Both the position numbers and the translations under genes were made by a program. Source: an uncultured Candidatus Saccharibacteria bacterium (GTDB taxonomy: Bacteria; Patescibacteriota; Minisyncoccia; Phycocordibacterales; UBA1006). Taken from it: a stretch of DNA of 64,000 nt. The number at the start of each line of letters is the position of its first letter. Position 1 is the stretch's first letter. The stretch is from assembly GCA_964601935.1 (NCBI GenBank), contig CAZROP010000002.1, positions 7,299-71,298 of the forward strand, read 5' to 3'. Shown in pieces: positions 1 through 9,267 of this stretch. A model generated the notes under the pieces. The model was not told the DNA's origin. It made no database searches and saw nothing but the letters and a program-made list of their open reading frames with translations.

Positions 1-179
1 GCGCGAGGGTGCAAAATTACTGCTGAGGTCTGATTCGGTATCACTGCCAGCATATATACTGCCTCTAGCAGGACAGATTAGCGAGGAACAGGTCAGGTTC
101 TATCTAGCTGAAAAAGTTCCTGAGTCTGAAATTACCATACCGATACTGGTACAGTTGTTCGAAGAGCTGTTTTAGTTTT

Positions 180-620
180 ATGCGGTATCTAGCGTTTGAT
201 GTAGGGACAAAGAGAATTGGCGTAGCGCATAGCGACGATGACGGACAGTTTGCCTTTCCTGTGGGGATTATTTCTAATAATGCCCAGCTACAGTCGGAGT
301 TATTCGCGCTGTATGAACAGTACCAGCCTGCAGCGTTCGTTGTAGGATGCTCGGATTCAGGTAGTGCCAGTGAAAATAGTATACAAAAACATATTGTAAA
401 GTTTGCGCGCGACCTGGAGTTACAAACAGGTTTGCCCGTCTATCGCATGAATGAACACGGTACATCTCATGCGGTAAAGCTAATGAACATGGCAATCGCT
501 GGGCAAAAACATACCCAGGCATCAAAGCGATCAATTCCTTCGAATGATACAGTGGATGCAGGTGCGGCTACTCTAATTTTACAACGATACTTGGATTCGC
601 GATCGTATAAGTTAGCATAA
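180..620 (+). CDS. ruvX: Holliday-junction resolvase-like putative pre-16S rRNA nuclease (YqgF/RuvX)
   Basis: 146 aa; N-terminus MRYLAFDVGTKRIGVAHSD matches the YqgF/RuvC-fold signature (GxDxGxKRIGVA). Confidence 0.8.
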   Translation: MRYLAFDVGTKRIGVAHSDDDGQFAFPVGIISNNAQLQSELFALYEQYQPAAFVVGCSDSGSASENSIQKHIVKFARDLELQTGLPVYRMNEHGTSHAVKLMNMAIAGQKHTQASKRSIPSNDTVDAGAATLILQRYLDSRSYKLA

Positions 621-667
621 AGGTTTGAATATTTTGCAAAAGCTTACAAGTATGTATAATCAGGCGT

Positions 668-1039
668 ATGAATACCATATCACTCGACCATTTAAAGCAA
701 TGTGACATTCGCGTAGGAGTTATACGATTTGTAGAGCCAGTTCCTGATTCAGACAAGCTGCTACGCTGTTTGGTGGAGATAGGGGATGATGCTAGCACTG
801 GTGAGTTCGTTAGCGATGATGGAATTATTGTTCGCGTGCGGCAGATAGTGTCTGGAATTCGAGGATATTTCCCGGAGTATCAGCAGCTCGTAGGGCAATC
901 TGCTCTGTATATCATTAATCTGGAACCGCGGACCATAAAAGGCGTGGTGAGTAATGGGATGTTATTGGCGGTTGGTGATGATGACTGCGTATTATTGCAG
1001 CCACATAAACCTGTCACGCCCGGTTCTCAGATTCATTAA
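668..1039 (+). CDS. stand-alone tRNA-binding domain protein (CsaA/Trbp111/EMAP-like)
   Basis: 123 aa; LDIRVGVI...QIVSGIRGYFPEYQQLVGQSALYIINLEPRTIKGVVSNGMLLAVGDD matches the tRNA_bind OB-fold found at the C-terminus of MetRS. Confidence 0.7.
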   Translation: MNTISLDHLKQCDIRVGVIRFVEPVPDSDKLLRCLVEIGDDASTGEFVSDDGIIVRVRQIVSGIRGYFPEYQQLVGQSALYIINLEPRTIKGVVSNGMLLAVGDDDCVLLQPHKPVTPGSQIH

Positions 1040-1094
1040 ACGAAGCAGTAGTGAGGTGGATATTCATACGTGGTCGTAGTCATGCTGGTGTATA

Positions 1095-2072
1095 ATGAGT
1101 CGGACTATTATGTTTCGTATATTCGGATCTAAACATAGAAATACTACTGCACACGATGATGCTGTGCGGTGTATTGCAGTGCAGGAATTGCCGTTGGGAG
1201 GAATACGTACAGTGCGTTATGTGAAAAAATCTGATGGAATACAAATTGTATCAATGGAATCAGGTCATCAGCATCCCGGTCAGAATTCTGCGTATGAATA
1301 TAGTGTATGTCACATGCCCGACGACCAATATGTTCATGGCGTAGTTCATAATCCCCAGGGTTCAGAACATGCCGCATATCGGGACATGCATACGCAAGGG
1401 CATTCTGATGCTGCATTGGTGTCCCTCCAGGCCTGTCATAGCGACTATACTGGGTATGTAGGAATTACCGCAGAGGCAGTGACGCGTGGATTGAAACAGT
1501 ATCCGACCTACACTATTGACTCTGGATTATTGGGGCTGGCAAAGTTGTTTGGATTTGGTAATGACGATATGTTCATCTATGTTGCAATAGAGCGATCGCA
1601 TACTGTGCTGGCTGTGATACGTGGAGAACTGGTGCTAGAATATCGGGTGATACCTATCGGCACTAGCGTGTTAATTCGTGCTGTTGCAGACACATTGGCA
1701 TGCCCTACTGATATGGCGCGTTCCATTGTAGAAAAGTATGGGGTTCGAGATACACATCACGACCCAAGGTTGCGCAACAAGATTATTAATGTACTAGCGC
1801 CTATTCTGAACACTATCAGTCAATTATCAGGGTCAATCCGTGAGCATGCGTACGCGCCGGAACATCGTCGTGGATCAATCAGGTACTGTGTAGTCGGCGG
1901 GGTCGGAGCAAATCTGCCAGGTATTGGTAGTTTGCTGCACATGATGGTTCCAGAGGCAGAGTTATATGAAGGAATCGCTCGACAGTATAAAAAGATGATA
2001 GTAGAACTACCCGATGGGCCTACGCGCCAGGTTTTGCCGCGGTACTATACTGTATTGGGATTGGTGGTATAG
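1095..2072 (+). CDS. actin-like ATPase of the PilM/FtsA family
   Basis: 325 aa; central segment IYVAIERSHTVLAVIRGELVLEYRVIPIGTSVL and C-terminal VVGGVGANLPGIGSLL resemble the PilM/FtsA actin-fold; no adjacent pilNO. Confidence 0.45.
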   Translation: MSRTIMFRIFGSKHRNTTAHDDAVRCIAVQELPLGGIRTVRYVKKSDGIQIVSMESGHQHPGQNSAYEYSVCHMPDDQYVHGVVHNPQGSEHAAYRDMHTQGHSDAALVSLQACHSDYTGYVGITAEAVTRGLKQYPTYTIDSGLLGLAKLFGFGNDDMFIYVAIERSHTVLAVIRGELVLEYRVIPIGTSVLIRAVADTLACPTDMARSIVEKYGVRDTHHDPRLRNKIINVLAPILNTISQLSGSIREHAYAPEHRRGSIRYCVVGGVGANLPGIGSLLHMMVPEAELYEGIARQYKKMIVELPDGPTRQVLPRYYTVLGLVV

Positions 2073-2100
2073 ATAAGGTTTTTGTGTATACTGGTCGTAT

Positions 2101-3468
2101 ATGGTAGTCACACGTTTTGCACCTAGTCCAACAGGGAATATCCATATAGGAGGCCTCCGGACGGCTTTATATGCATATGCCTATGCTCGTCAGAGTAGTG
2201 GAAGTTGTTTTCTGCGTATTGAAGACACTGATCAGAAGCGAGAGGTAGAGGGGGCAGCTGATCGTCTTGTGCCTCTGCTGGAATCCTTTGGGCTCTCATG
2301 GGACAATATTTATGTTCAATCACAACGAGCAAAGGCTGGAATTTATGCAAAGTTTGCACTCCAGCTGCTTGCAGAAGGAAAAGCTTTTTACTGTCAATGC
2401 GAAGCGAAAAATGCTAAAAAGGATGGTTACTCGGTAGAACTTCGTGACCCTTGTCGTGATCTAGGGCTCACTAGCGGTGCTATAAAACTTAGGACTCCTG
2501 ATAATGAAATTGTTACTTATTATGATTTCGTTTCTAAAAAAGATATTTCGTGGAATACGAGCGACGTTCGCGATGCAGCTTTGTTAAAAAGTGACGGAGT
2601 GTTTCCAACCTATCATTTGGCGGTGGCTGTGGACGATCATGAAATGGGCGTAACACACATATTCCGCGGGCATGATTGGCTGCCGAGTACACCTATTCAT
2701 CTACTGGTTTTCAAATATCTTGGATATGAGCTCCCAGCATTGGGTCACCTAACCGATATTTTAGATCCAGAAGGAGGCAAGCTCTCAAAGAGGAAGGGGA
2801 GCACATCATGCGAAGGACTGCTTGCTGATGGGTATTTACCTGCTGCGCTTATTAATTTCGTGGCGCTGTGTGGTTGGGCTCCCAAAGACAATAGCGAAAT
2901 GTATACATTGGAAAGTTTTGTGAAAGCGTTTAGTTTGGATGGAATTCAAAAATCAAATCCTGTTTTTAATCGAGACAAGCTTGACTGGTTTAACCGTGAA
3001 TATATTAAAAAACTTTCACATGATGAGCAGACAGATGCAATCCGTTCGTATCTACTGCAGCTTGATGGTTTCGATGAAGAAGTACTTCAGAAAATAGTTC
3101 CACTATTGATCGAGCGTATTTCCAAATGGTCTGATATGGAAATGATGATTACTGATGGGGAAGTCCAGTATTTTTTCACCGATCCGGTAGTGTCTAACGA
3201 TATGCTGCCAGGTAAAAACAACACCATCGAAGTTGCTCGAGAGAATCTGATCGAGATCGCAGCTTTACTGAATAAATACATGGGGAATTGGGAGGTCGAA
3301 TCTTTGAAAGAATACCTCATGCCGCTCGCAACAGAACTAGGTCGTGCGCAGAGTTTGTGGCCGCTACGTGTTGCGTTATCAGGGCGAGAAAAGTCTCCAG
3401 ACCCATTCACGTTGTTGTCGATACTAGGTGCCGAGACCTCACTACGTCGTATACACGGCTGTATATAA
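2101..3468 (+). CDS. gltX: glutamyl-tRNA synthetase
   Basis: 455 aa; class I motifs FAPSPTGNIHIGG (HIGH) and KLSKRKG (KMSKS); GluRS-like throughout. Confidence 0.9.
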   Translation: MVVTRFAPSPTGNIHIGGLRTALYAYAYARQSSGSCFLRIEDTDQKREVEGAADRLVPLLESFGLSWDNIYVQSQRAKAGIYAKFALQLLAEGKAFYCQCEAKNAKKDGYSVELRDPCRDLGLTSGAIKLRTPDNEIVTYYDFVSKKDISWNTSDVRDAALLKSDGVFPTYHLAVAVDDHEMGVTHIFRGHDWLPSTPIHLLVFKYLGYELPALGHLTDILDPEGGKLSKRKGSTSCEGLLADGYLPAALINFVALCGWAPKDNSEMYTLESFVKAFSLDGIQKSNPVFNRDKLDWFNREYIKKLSHDEQTDAIRSYLLQLDGFDEEVLQKIVPLLIERISKWSDMEMMITDGEVQYFFTDPVVSNDMLPGKNNTIEVARENLIEIAALLNKYMGNWEVESLKEYLMPLATELGRAQSLWPLRVALSGREKSPDPFTLLSILGAETSLRRIHGCI

Positions 3469-3470
3469 AT

Positions 3471-4091
3471 ATGTCAGAAAAGTTTCTTGTCCTCTTTTTG
3501 GGTAATTCAGGTAATGAATATACAGAAACTCGGCATAATGCGGGATGGATTATTGCAGATGAGTTGGTTCGACCTGACCAGTGGCAAGAGAATAAATACG
3601 CAGAAGCGTTGTCTGTTATTGCACCAGGCGACTTTACAGTAGAGAAAGTTCAAAGTGAAGATCCGACTGTACCAGGACTGTATACAGAGCGCGCAGATGT
3701 ATTCTATGCCAAGCCGTTGACATTCATGAATCTCTCGGGCAAAACCGCGCGCTATTACTGCGAAAAGGAGCGCATCAAGCGTGATCAGGTTATCGTAGTG
3801 TACGATGATATAGATATTCCGGTTGGGCAGTTCAAACTCTCGCAGGGAAGAGGTGATGGCAATCATAATGGTATTAAATCACTCATCAAAGAGCTCGGAA
3901 CGAAGTCATTCATACGTATTCGTATCGGTGTTGGATCACCCGACCGTGGTCCTGGTGTTGGATCGTTTGTGCTTGCGCGTTTCCGTCCGGAGGAAGTTAC
4001 GACTATTCGTGCATTGGCCTCAAGGGTGTCACAATGTCTGCATGAGGTTGTGTTGAGGGGAGCCATAAAGGCAATGAATAGTTGGAATTAG
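3471..4091 (+). CDS. pth: peptidyl-tRNA hydrolase
   Basis: 206 aa starting at the ATG 2 nt after the gltX stop; FLVLFLGNSGNEYTETRHNAGW matches the Pth N-terminal signature; the ORF-track 5' extension overlaps gltX and is rejected. Confidence 0.85.
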   Translation: MSEKFLVLFLGNSGNEYTETRHNAGWIIADELVRPDQWQENKYAEALSVIAPGDFTVEKVQSEDPTVPGLYTERADVFYAKPLTFMNLSGKTARYYCEKERIKRDQVIVVYDDIDIPVGQFKLSQGRGDGNHNGIKSLIKELGTKSFIRIRIGVGSPDRGPGVGSFVLARFRPEEVTTIRALASRVSQCLHEVVLRGAIKAMNSWN

Positions 4092-4114
4092 GTTAAACTT
4101 GCTTGATAAATAAA

Positions 4115-4136
4115 TGCCGCCCCGGAGGGGCGGCCA
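4115..4136. terminator. bidirectional intrinsic terminator between convergent pth and rpsA
   Basis: GC hairpin gccgccccgg-agg-ggcggc flanked by A/T tracts. Confidence 0.5.
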
Positions 4137-4159
4137 TATTCTTTGCACTCTTTTCCAAA

Positions 4160-5266
4160 TTATTTTCGTTCTCCAACGTAGGACAGAGCCATGCGCTGTT
4201 CTTTTGGTTCGAATACGGTGATCTTGAAATTGTACGAATTACCGAGTGACAAGTGTTTCTTCAGGTCATCGTCAGATTTGAAGTCAGAGTTATGTACCAA
4301 GCCAGACACGCCTTCTTCGATTGATACCAGTGCACCGTGCTTGTTCATGCGAATGATCACTCCTGTTACTTCACTGCCGATAGTATACTTGTCTGAGGCT
4401 AGTTTCCATGGATTGGTTTTCAGAGCCTTGATGGATAGGCTGATTTTGCCATCCTTGATTTCGATGATTTTTGCGGTGACCTTGTCGCCAACCTTGAACA
4501 ATTTGCGAGGGTCGTCAACCAATGCCCAGTCAATTTCTGAAATATGGACCAGTCCTTCCAGCCCATCTTCAATCTTTAGGAATACTCCGAAATCTACCGT
4601 ACCACTGACAGTACAGGTAACCTCATCACCAATAGAGTAGCGCATAAGGATGTCAGATTTTTCTGCAGGAGTTGTGCCTTTTTCCGAGAAGATGAGCTTA
4701 CCCTCTTTGGCATTGCTAGAAATAATAGTGACCGTAATGGATTTGCCAGTCAATTTCTTCAGCTCGCGTAGGATTGCGTCCTTGCTGCCGTCGTCTACCT
4801 GTGGGTAGTGTGCTTCTGACAGTTGTGAAGCAGGAAGGAACCCTTCGATGCCCTGCCATTCGATAATCAGACCGCCCTTGTTTGCTGCCTTGATAGGTAG
4901 TATGAAAGGTGTTTTGTGCTTCACTGCTTCCTCCGCTTCTTTCCAGATGATTGCCTGACGAGCTTCTTTTAGAGACAATTCAATATAGCCATCTTCATTT
5001 TCCGGGTCGATAACTTTTGCCTTTACGGTGTCGCCGATGTTCAGATTTTTGATAATCTCGCGGGTATTCTGGAATTCGCGTCCGAGGATAACACCCGTAC
5101 CGTACGGGTTGATGTCTATATAGATAGATTTTGGTTGGATTGATATTACGGTTCCTTCGATAATTTCGTCGGCATGAATGATTTTGTGATCCTTGGTATT
5201 GACCAGATTCGCCATCATTTTGCTGGTTTCAGCCTTTGTGGTTTGGATAGATGTTGGATATGCCAT
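4160..5266 (-). CDS. rpsA: 30S ribosomal protein S1 (short, about 4 S1 domains)
   Basis: 368 aa; repeated S1 OB-fold segments (GTVISIQPKSIYIDI..., GDEVTCTVSGTVDFGVFLKI...). Confidence 0.8.
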   Translation of the reverse strand: MAYPTSIQTTKAETSKMMANLVNTKDHKIIHADEIIEGTVISIQPKSIYIDINPYGTGVILGREFQNTREIIKNLNIGDTVKAKVIDPENEDGYIELSLKEARQAIIWKEAEEAVKHKTPFILPIKAANKGGLIIEWQGIEGFLPASQLSEAHYPQVDDGSKDAILRELKKLTGKSITVTIISSNAKEGKLIFSEKGTTPAEKSDILMRYSIGDEVTCTVSGTVDFGVFLKIEDGLEGLVHISEIDWALVDDPRKLFKVGDKVTAKIIEIKDGKISLSIKALKTNPWKLASDKYTIGSEVTGVIIRMNKHGALVSIEEGVSGLVHNSDFKSDDDLKKHLSLGNSYNFKITVFEPKEQRMALSYVGERK

Positions 5267-5395
5267 AGTAAATAATTGTATGCGTAGTTCAGGATGCTGG
5301 CAGCACGAATGATGCCTCTTTATTGCAACCCAAAGACGACGTATATCACTAGATAATCTAACATATATTGGTGTTTTGGCAAGTATATTTGGTCA

Positions 5396-5545
5396 CTCCC
5401 TCTCCCTCTGGGAGAGGGTCGGGGTGAGGGGGTGTTCTCTTAAACATCGCAAAGAGACCTCATCCAAAATTGCTAGAAATATACTCCGCTATCGCTACAT
5501 TGTTTCAAATGCAATTTTCGCCCTCTCCTTTGTAGGAGAGGAGTG
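5396..5545. promoter_or_regulatory. divergent rpsA/rplU leader region with two SD/anti-SD-like hairpins
   Basis: perfect hairpin ccctctccc-tct-gggagaggg (about 5398-5418) followed by a G-run, and a second one cctctcct-ttgt-aggagagg (about 5522-5541). Confidence 0.3.
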
Positions 5546-5594
5546 TCCACCAGATATTGCCTTTTTGATAAAATCTGTTAGAGTATTGCTACTT

Positions 5595-5942
5595 ATGGCA
5601 AAGAAACCAACCACTAACGAGGCAGAATCTAAAGCATTTTCTGTTATAGAAACAGGCGGCAAGCAGTATATTGTGACCGCTGGACAGCCTTTGCGTATTG
5701 AAAAACTTCCTCAGGCAGAGGGCGAAACTATTACCTTTGACAAGGTTCTCCTGACTGTCGACGAATCGGGCGCAATCACTATCGGAACCCCGTATATCGA
5801 TGGCGCAACGGTAACCGCACAGGTAGAAACACAGGGGCGTTACAAGAAGATCCGTGTTATACACTTCAAATCAAAGTCTAACCGCCACAAGACCTACGGT
5901 CATCGCCAGCCATTCACTGCTGTGAAAATAGCTACAAAATAA
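5595..5942 (+). CDS. rplU: 50S ribosomal protein L21
   Basis: 115 aa from the internal ATG; FSVIETGGKQYIVTAGQPLRIEKL...GHRQPFTAVKI is the L21 family; the upstream part of the ORF-track frame contains the hairpins and is treated as leader. Confidence 0.8.
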   Translation: MAKKPTTNEAESKAFSVIETGGKQYIVTAGQPLRIEKLPQAEGETITFDKVLLTVDESGAITIGTPYIDGATVTAQVETQGRYKKIRVIHFKSKSNRHKTYGHRQPFTAVKIATK

Positions 5943-5953
5943 AGAATGTTTAG

Positions 5954-5982
5954 AAACCGCTCTGCTGACAGAGCGGTTTTTG
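5954..5982 (+). terminator. intrinsic terminator after rplU
   Basis: ccgctctg-ctga-cagagcgg followed by TTTTT. Confidence 0.6.
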
Positions 5983-5995
5983 ATATACTAGTATC

Positions 5996-7102
5996 ATGAT
6001 CAGTAATCGAACCATCATAGAGATATCTGCTGATGCGCTATGTCACAATGCGTTGACTCTTCAGAGTCAGTGCCGTCCTGGAACAGATGTTATGGTGGTG
6101 GTGAAATCGAACGCCTATGGGCATGGATTACTGCTGACTGCATGGGCGCTGCAGTCTATTGCAGATTGGTACGCAGTGGATGATATAGAGGAGGCCAAGC
6201 TTCTGCGGCAGCATGGTATCAAGCAGTCTATTCTGATACTGGGTTTTGTTCCCGAGGAGTGGTATCCTTTGGCGCGTACTCTGGGTGTTACTCTGACATC
6301 GCCATCACTGATTGCACTGCGTTGGGCAGTAAACCATGGGGTGCAGACTCATATAAAGATTGATAGTGGTTTGGGTCGTCAGGGGTTCCAGGGTGCTGAG
6401 TACGATGAGATAATCCAGTATCTACAACGACACATACCCGCCACAATCACCGGCGTGTACTCACATTTTGCAGTGGCTGATAATCCTGCAGAGCTAGAAT
6501 TTACGCGGCATCAGTATACTGTATTTATACAACGAAAACTAGAAATAGAGGCATTACTAGGCCGATCACTGCTGACCCACACTAGCGGTACATCGGGTGT
6601 GGTCTATAATCATGAATTTGACTGTGATATGGTGCGATTAGGTATTGGATTATACGGTGTTCTACCGTCACGCGAATTGATGGAGCATAATCCTGGTCTG
6701 CAACTACAGCCAGTTATGCAGTGGCGCGCACGATTATCAGAGATAAAGCATTTGCCAAAAGGGCATTCGATCGGATACGAGCGTACCCATATTCTGACCG
6801 AAGATTCTGTAATAGGCGTAGTTCCTGTTGGATACTGGCACGGTATACCTCGCGCATTATCTAATATAGGATTTGTCGAAATTCAGGGGCAGCGAGCCCC
6901 TGTCATCGGTAATATCTCTATGGATATGATGACGATTGATCTCACAAATATTGCAGGTACGACACTGGTAGGTGATTGGGTAACATTGATAGGGCAGAGT
7001 GTACCTGTGATGGAATTGGCAGAAATATCTGGAATCAGTCACTATGAATTGTTAACACGCATCAATCCGTTGATAGAGCGGAGATATAAAAAACTAGGAT
7101 AA
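5996..7102 (+). CDS. alr: alanine racemase
   Basis: 368 aa; PLP-lysine motif VVKSNAYGHG near the N-terminus. Confidence 0.85.
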   Translation: MISNRTIIEISADALCHNALTLQSQCRPGTDVMVVVKSNAYGHGLLLTAWALQSIADWYAVDDIEEAKLLRQHGIKQSILILGFVPEEWYPLARTLGVTLTSPSLIALRWAVNHGVQTHIKIDSGLGRQGFQGAEYDEIIQYLQRHIPATITGVYSHFAVADNPAELEFTRHQYTVFIQRKLEIEALLGRSLLTHTSGTSGVVYNHEFDCDMVRLGIGLYGVLPSRELMEHNPGLQLQPVMQWRARLSEIKHLPKGHSIGYERTHILTEDSVIGVVPVGYWHGIPRALSNIGFVEIQGQRAPVIGNISMDMMTIDLTNIAGTTLVGDWVTLIGQSVPVMELAEISGISHYELLTRINPLIERRYKKLG

Positions 7103-7126
7103 GAGATAGTTCGGGAATGTATTAAA

Positions 7127-7166
7127 AAACGAATCAAAAGATTTTAGTAATCTTTTGATTCGTTTA
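7127..7166. terminator. bidirectional terminator (alr / convergent membrane-protein operon)
   Basis: perfect 16-bp inverted repeat aacgaatcaaaagatt / aatcttttgattcgtt. Confidence 0.55.
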
Positions 7167-7183
7167 TGTAAAAGGTGGTAAAG

Positions 7184-7636
7184 TTAATCGTTCTCATCAC
7201 CTACTTCCTGAAGTATCCTCACACAGCTACATCGGTTCTGTCCGTAGCTATGACCCAGGAGTAGATTGGGTACTCCTCGGTAGGTCTTTTGCCCAATGTT
7301 GAATGACAGACGGTTGTACCACCAGTAATAATGGAACCCTTCCAGTTGTATGAGCTCTTTCCATTTTGTAGGATCGAACTGTACGAGCCGGCAATTGAGG
7401 TTTCGGCTTGCCGATGTGATACATACCTGTTGGGGGCGGGTATCAATTTTTGTAGCTAGAACCCAGGGTGCTGTTAGGTGATGTCCTGTATGGCTATCGG
7501 GCTTAACTTCGCCTGTGACCAGGTTGTAGGTAATCCCAAACTCGTACTGGTCCGTGTAGTGGTAGAGCGCCAAGTACAATACAAATAGTGATAATACAGG
7601 AACTCCGATTCTGATGAAAAGTTTTCGCTTATTCAT
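7184..7636 (-). CDS. membrane-anchored protein, paralog of the upstream gene (possible SPFH/band-7-like)
   Basis: 150 aa from the internal ATG (MNKRKLF...); N-terminal TM; alignable with the 7629..8129 product (DQYEFGITYNLVTGEV / DSYELGYSFDKTTGRI; DTRPQQVCI / DLRPMQVRI). Confidence 0.4.
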   Translation of the reverse strand: MNKRKLFIRIGVPVLSLFVLYLALYHYTDQYEFGITYNLVTGEVKPDSHTGHHLTAPWVLATKIDTRPQQVCITSASRNLNCRLVQFDPTKWKELIQLEGFHYYWWYNRLSFNIGQKTYRGVPNLLLGHSYGQNRCSCVRILQEVGDEND

Positions 7637-8129
7637 TGTCCTGACTGTTTTGCGACTGACCCCCTGCAGAACCCCCAGTACCGCCCATAATTTCCAAAAA
7701 CAAGTATTTCTCTTGTAGTTTTTGCTGGCTGTATGCTCCTGACCCCATACCCTCATAGGCATAGGACTTGAGGATATCAGACAGTACTGCCTGGGTGTAG
7801 TCTTTTCTTCCATGCAGTTCGAGAAACTGTTCGAGCCCAGCCGGTTTAAATCGGACAAGCATCGCATTGAGGATTCTGTCATTAGCCTCAATGCGAACCT
7901 GCATAGGTCGCAGGTCTACAGTGTGCACTTCTGTAATAAAGGGTTTAACCCAGGCCCAGCCTGTGTGCTCTAATACTGTGATACGACCTGTAGTTTTGTC
8001 AAAACTGTAGCCTAGCTCATAACTATCCACAAGTGTGACAAAAAATGTACGAATAGAGCATCCTCCTACTAAGAGGATGACAAGGGCTGATCCGAGGATA
8101 ACCCACTTTTTTGACCAAATGTTTTCCAT
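7629..8129 (-). CDS. membrane-anchored protein, possible short SPFH/band-7-like
   Basis: 166 aa; TM then LEHTGWAWVKPFITEV resembling the SPFH motif GLHFxIPFIDxV; stop overlaps the next start in ATGAATAA. Confidence 0.45.
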   Translation of the reverse strand: MENIWSKKWVILGSALVILLVGGCSIRTFFVTLVDSYELGYSFDKTTGRITVLEHTGWAWVKPFITEVHTVDLRPMQVRIEANDRILNAMLVRFKPAGLEQFLELHGRKDYTQAVLSDILKSYAYEGMGSGAYSQQKLQEKYLFLEIMGGTGGSAGGQSQNSQDNE

Positions 8130-8311
8130 TGTCTGTAGTTGTTTTTATAGATGATGCAAGGTTGAATTTTGCAATAAAACTACCATGATGACAATGAAAG
8201 TCAATATCAGCGGAACGATTGGCGTACACGGAGAGATACTTGACAAACAGTGATATGTATTTAGTGTTATTGTCAAGGTTTGATTATCTCATCTATTAAA
8301 AATACAAGGTC

Positions 8312-8794
8312 ATGACGAAGACTGATTATTTGATATTCGGGTTAGATCTGATTCTGGCAGGAACTATACTGTTTCGTGCTATCACGCAACTTTTGAGCGA
8401 GTTCCGCGATGTTCAACAGGAAGAAATTGTACCCAGTGATACCACAAAGACCGAGGATGGAGAAGTTGAGGCAAGACCCTTCGTGGAAACCCTCAGCTTG
8501 TTACCTGAGAGCTTCTGTGTCAATGTGCTTGGCCAGTTGCTTGTTAGTTCAGTCTCGGGATTCTTATTCTGGGTATTCATTCTGTGGGCGCTAGAGCCTG
8601 CGTTGGAAGGCGCGGGATACGCAACTACTGCCTATGCAGGATTGATATACACGGGCATTGTAGGTCTGGTGTACACTCCTGCATACCAGGGTTGGAGAAC
8701 CCCGACCTTCGTAAAGGGCTCTCTGATCATTGTGTGCATTATTGCAGCTTTGATGCATATACTTGCACTGGGTGTACTCGCTTTCTACTGGTAG
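8312..8794 (+). CDS. hypothetical polytopic membrane protein
   Basis: 160 aa, about 4 hydrophobic helices, no recognisable motif. Confidence 0.4.
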   Translation: MTKTDYLIFGLDLILAGTILFRAITQLLSEFRDVQQEEIVPSDTTKTEDGEVEARPFVETLSLLPESFCVNVLGQLLVSSVSGFLFWVFILWALEPALEGAGYATTAYAGLIYTGIVGLVYTPAYQGWRTPTFVKGSLIIVCIIAALMHILALGVLAFYW

Positions 8795-8810
8795 TATGTC
8801 ACGAGAGATT

Positions 8811-8885
8811 TTATAAAAACCACAAACATTTTTGTTTCGCTATTCTGAAATAGCTGACAGAATTTGATTGTGGTTTTTGATTTTG
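8811..8885. terminator. nested inverted repeats between convergent genes (probable bidirectional terminator)
   Basis: outer aaaaccacaa...ttgtggtttt, inner gctatt-ctga-aatagc. Confidence 0.4.
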
Positions 8886-8892
8886 TCCAAAT

Positions 8893-9228
8893 CTAGCCTA
8901 ATTTTGATCCATTGGGTACTGATTTATCGGGTACGGCAAGTACTACATTGCCATCTTCGCGGTAGAATCCCGTAGTGAGAACCTGTGATTCGTAGGGGCC
9001 AATTTTCTTGATAGGGAAATTGACCACACATACAACCTGTTTTCCGATAAGCTCTGCTGCGGAATAGAGTGTGGTTATTTGTGCGCTGGATCGTTTGGTG
9101 CTTAGCTCCCCAAAATCAATCACCAATTTATATGCTGGTTTCTTTGCTTCAGGAAAATCCTCGACGTTAATAATAGTGCCGACACGTAACTCTACTTTTT
9201 CAAATTCATTCCAGGAGATTGTTTCCAT
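8893..9228 (-). CDS. stand-alone tRNA-binding domain protein (CsaA-like), second copy
   Basis: 111 aa; [28 protein letters not shown]...[23 protein letters not shown] matches the tRNA_bind/CsaA pattern. Confidence 0.7.
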   Translation of the reverse strand: METISWNEFEKVELRVGTIINVEDFPEAKKPAYKLVIDFGELSTKRSSAQITTLYSAAELIGKQVVCVVNFPIKKIGPYESQVLTTGFYREDGNVVLAVPDKSVPNGSKLG

Positions 9229-9267
9229 AATCAGTGGCTGTATATTATATTTAGCGTTATTATTAAT

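Noticed and set aside
1-174. Possible 3' end of an upstream gene ending …EELF*
   Set aside because: In-frame stop codons occur at 31-33 and 79-81, so no continuous reading frame enters from the window edge.
1144-3410. Antisense ORFs (1144..1416, 2123..2359, 3087..3410 and many similar 60-120 aa frames throughout)
   Set aside because: Each is embedded opposite a strongly supported gene. They have no motifs and skewed composition.
3288-3470. N-terminal extension of the pth frame
   Set aside because: It overlaps the gltX 3' end. Pth homology starts at the ATG at 3471.
5376-5594. N-terminal 73 aa of the ORF-track frame containing rplU
   Set aside because: This segment contains the two perfect hairpins and has no similarity to L21. 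L21 homology begins at the internal Met.
7637-7891. 5' extension of the ORF-track frame 7184..7891
   Set aside because: The extension overlaps the C-terminal coding region of the upstream paralog in another frame. The internal ATG at 7636 gives a protein that aligns with its paralog from the N-terminal TM.
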